64,000 nt of DNA from the human T2T-CHM13v2.0 reference genome, Homo sapiens. How positions within the stretch are numbered: position 1 is the first letter of the stretch; every line of letters begins with the position of its first letter. Location: the NCBI RefSeq assembly GCF_009914755.1, contig NC_060940.1. One strand, 5' to 3'. The position numbers and the translations under genes are program-made. The notes under the pieces were generated by a model that saw only the letters and a program-made list of their open reading frames with translations, searched no databases and was not told the origin of the DNA. Below are positions 62,526-64,000 of the stretch, one piece after another.

Positions 62526-64000
62526 TGATTATAACTATTTTAATCATTCACTTTGTTAGGTAGATAGGTTTCTACAATTTTTGTTATTTGAATTAACACA
62601 ACAATAAGCATATTTAAGCAAAAATATTTGTCTATAACTTTGAACTGGATTTACTAGGTTCAAAGGGTAAAATCTGTTTCAGCAACCAGATACTTTTTAT
62701 CAAATAGCTTCTCAGAAGATTGCAATAACTTACAACCTTCTAGCAGTAAATCACCCAATCTTCAGCAGCTTTCATATTTTCTTCAGTATTTACTAATTTC
62801 ATAGGTAAAGTGGTTCATTTCTTAAATTGTCCCTTCTTATAACTAATGAAGCTGAATATTTATTTAGTTCGTCTTTGACTGATTTATAACAACATTATAT
62901 CAACACCCATTTCCACAGGCTTACAAAGAGTTTGGCTGTATTAAAACCCAAGACATCAAGTAATATGGCTGTGAATTTTCTGCCATGGGAAAAAAAGTAG
63001 TAAACCACCTATGGGATTACAGCATAAGTACAACTTGCTTTTCTCTTACTTTGGGAAAGATGAACCTCCTTTATAGTACAATTTTCAGGAAATGCATTGC
63101 ACTTCCCTTGTTTTCCACATAGGATGTAATTTCCAGCACCACTGCAACATCTTCCAAGGGAGGCATTTTTAAATCACTGACAGATATTGTGAAGGTTCCA
63201 TCATGGAGGTTCCATATAGCGACTTTTGTTTTGCATTTTCCTGGCCATACTTCTGTTTAGAACCTACCATTAACTTTGATAATTTAATTTTACCCCTTTC
63301 CTAAGAATAAAATCCATGCACATGTCAGTATCAGCAAAATAACATCACTTCTCTCTTCTATAGCTTCAGCTAACCTTTAAGTGAATCTTAAAATTTTCTA
63401 TAACCATCTTCCAAAACTAGGCATTTTATCCAATAATATAAAATTAGCATGTTATAGAGGGTGCTGCACAAATAGCCTACACTGATTCACAGATGACTTT
63501 AAAAATTCAGTGAGCCAAGAATCCCACATTATTGATTCATGCTAACAAAACGATGAAGTACAGCTAATCTTTAAAACACATGCTGGGCAGAATGACATTT
63601 ATAAATGCAGACAGACCGAAACCAATTGGACATAATTCTTTACGGATTAAACTGATGGCTGCAATTAGACCTAAGAAGGTGAGCAGTCTCTCTGCTGGGA
63701 ACTGAGACTCAGCCTCCTGGGTCCAACTCCAATTTTCTCTCATCCTTGGCTAAACATGGTATTCCACTGTTCCACTGACCGGCTAGTTGAGTAGAGTTCC
63801 CCATGACTACTCAGGTTAACTAAATTGGTTTGTAAAATATGACATGTTACCACTTTGGCTTGCCTCTTTGACTTTTAATAACAACTGCCCCGAAGGGGGC
63901 TATGATTAGGATCATCATAGCATGATGCTATCAGTGTAGAATACCAGATGAGCCCAGCAAAGAGCCTGTAGGGACAGAATATGGATATATCCCTTTGTAT

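Overview
Primate (human-like) genomic DNA, repeat-dense, intronic or intergenic. I recognise no host protein-coding exon, so no gene or locus is named. The dominant feature is a full-length but dead L1PA4/5-type LINE-1 (+, 8166-14320, 12-bp TSD). Its ORF1 and ORF2 are disrupted, but it keeps the ZNF93-bound 5'UTR segment and an antisense ORF0 that reads 184 codons out into flanking DNA. The window also holds about 25 Alus (one nested inverted, one three-monomer chimera, two stacked at one target site), older L1/L2/MIR fragments, MER DNA transposons, LTRs (MER31, MST, MLT1, MLT2, LTR33-like) and simple repeats. The most unusual non-TE structure lies at 42.7-48.5 kb: a ~345-bp direct duplication that splits an LTR, a ~380-bp inverted duplication whose copy is bracketed by a 31-bp direct repeat with a hairpin at the junction, and a small palindrome carrying twin AP-1 sites. 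Candidate regulatory sites include a near-consensus RE1/REST site (59217), a palindromic RFX X-box within a motif cluster (48.7-49.0 kb), and a GC-box/G4/CArG/ETS cluster (20-23 kb). Several strong minus-strand splice-site pairs and a plus-strand bias of L1s suggest a minus-strand, probably non-coding, spliced transcript; this is unproven. Repeat subfamilies and boundaries were called by eye from remembered consensus sequences. I found no convincing novel biological system.
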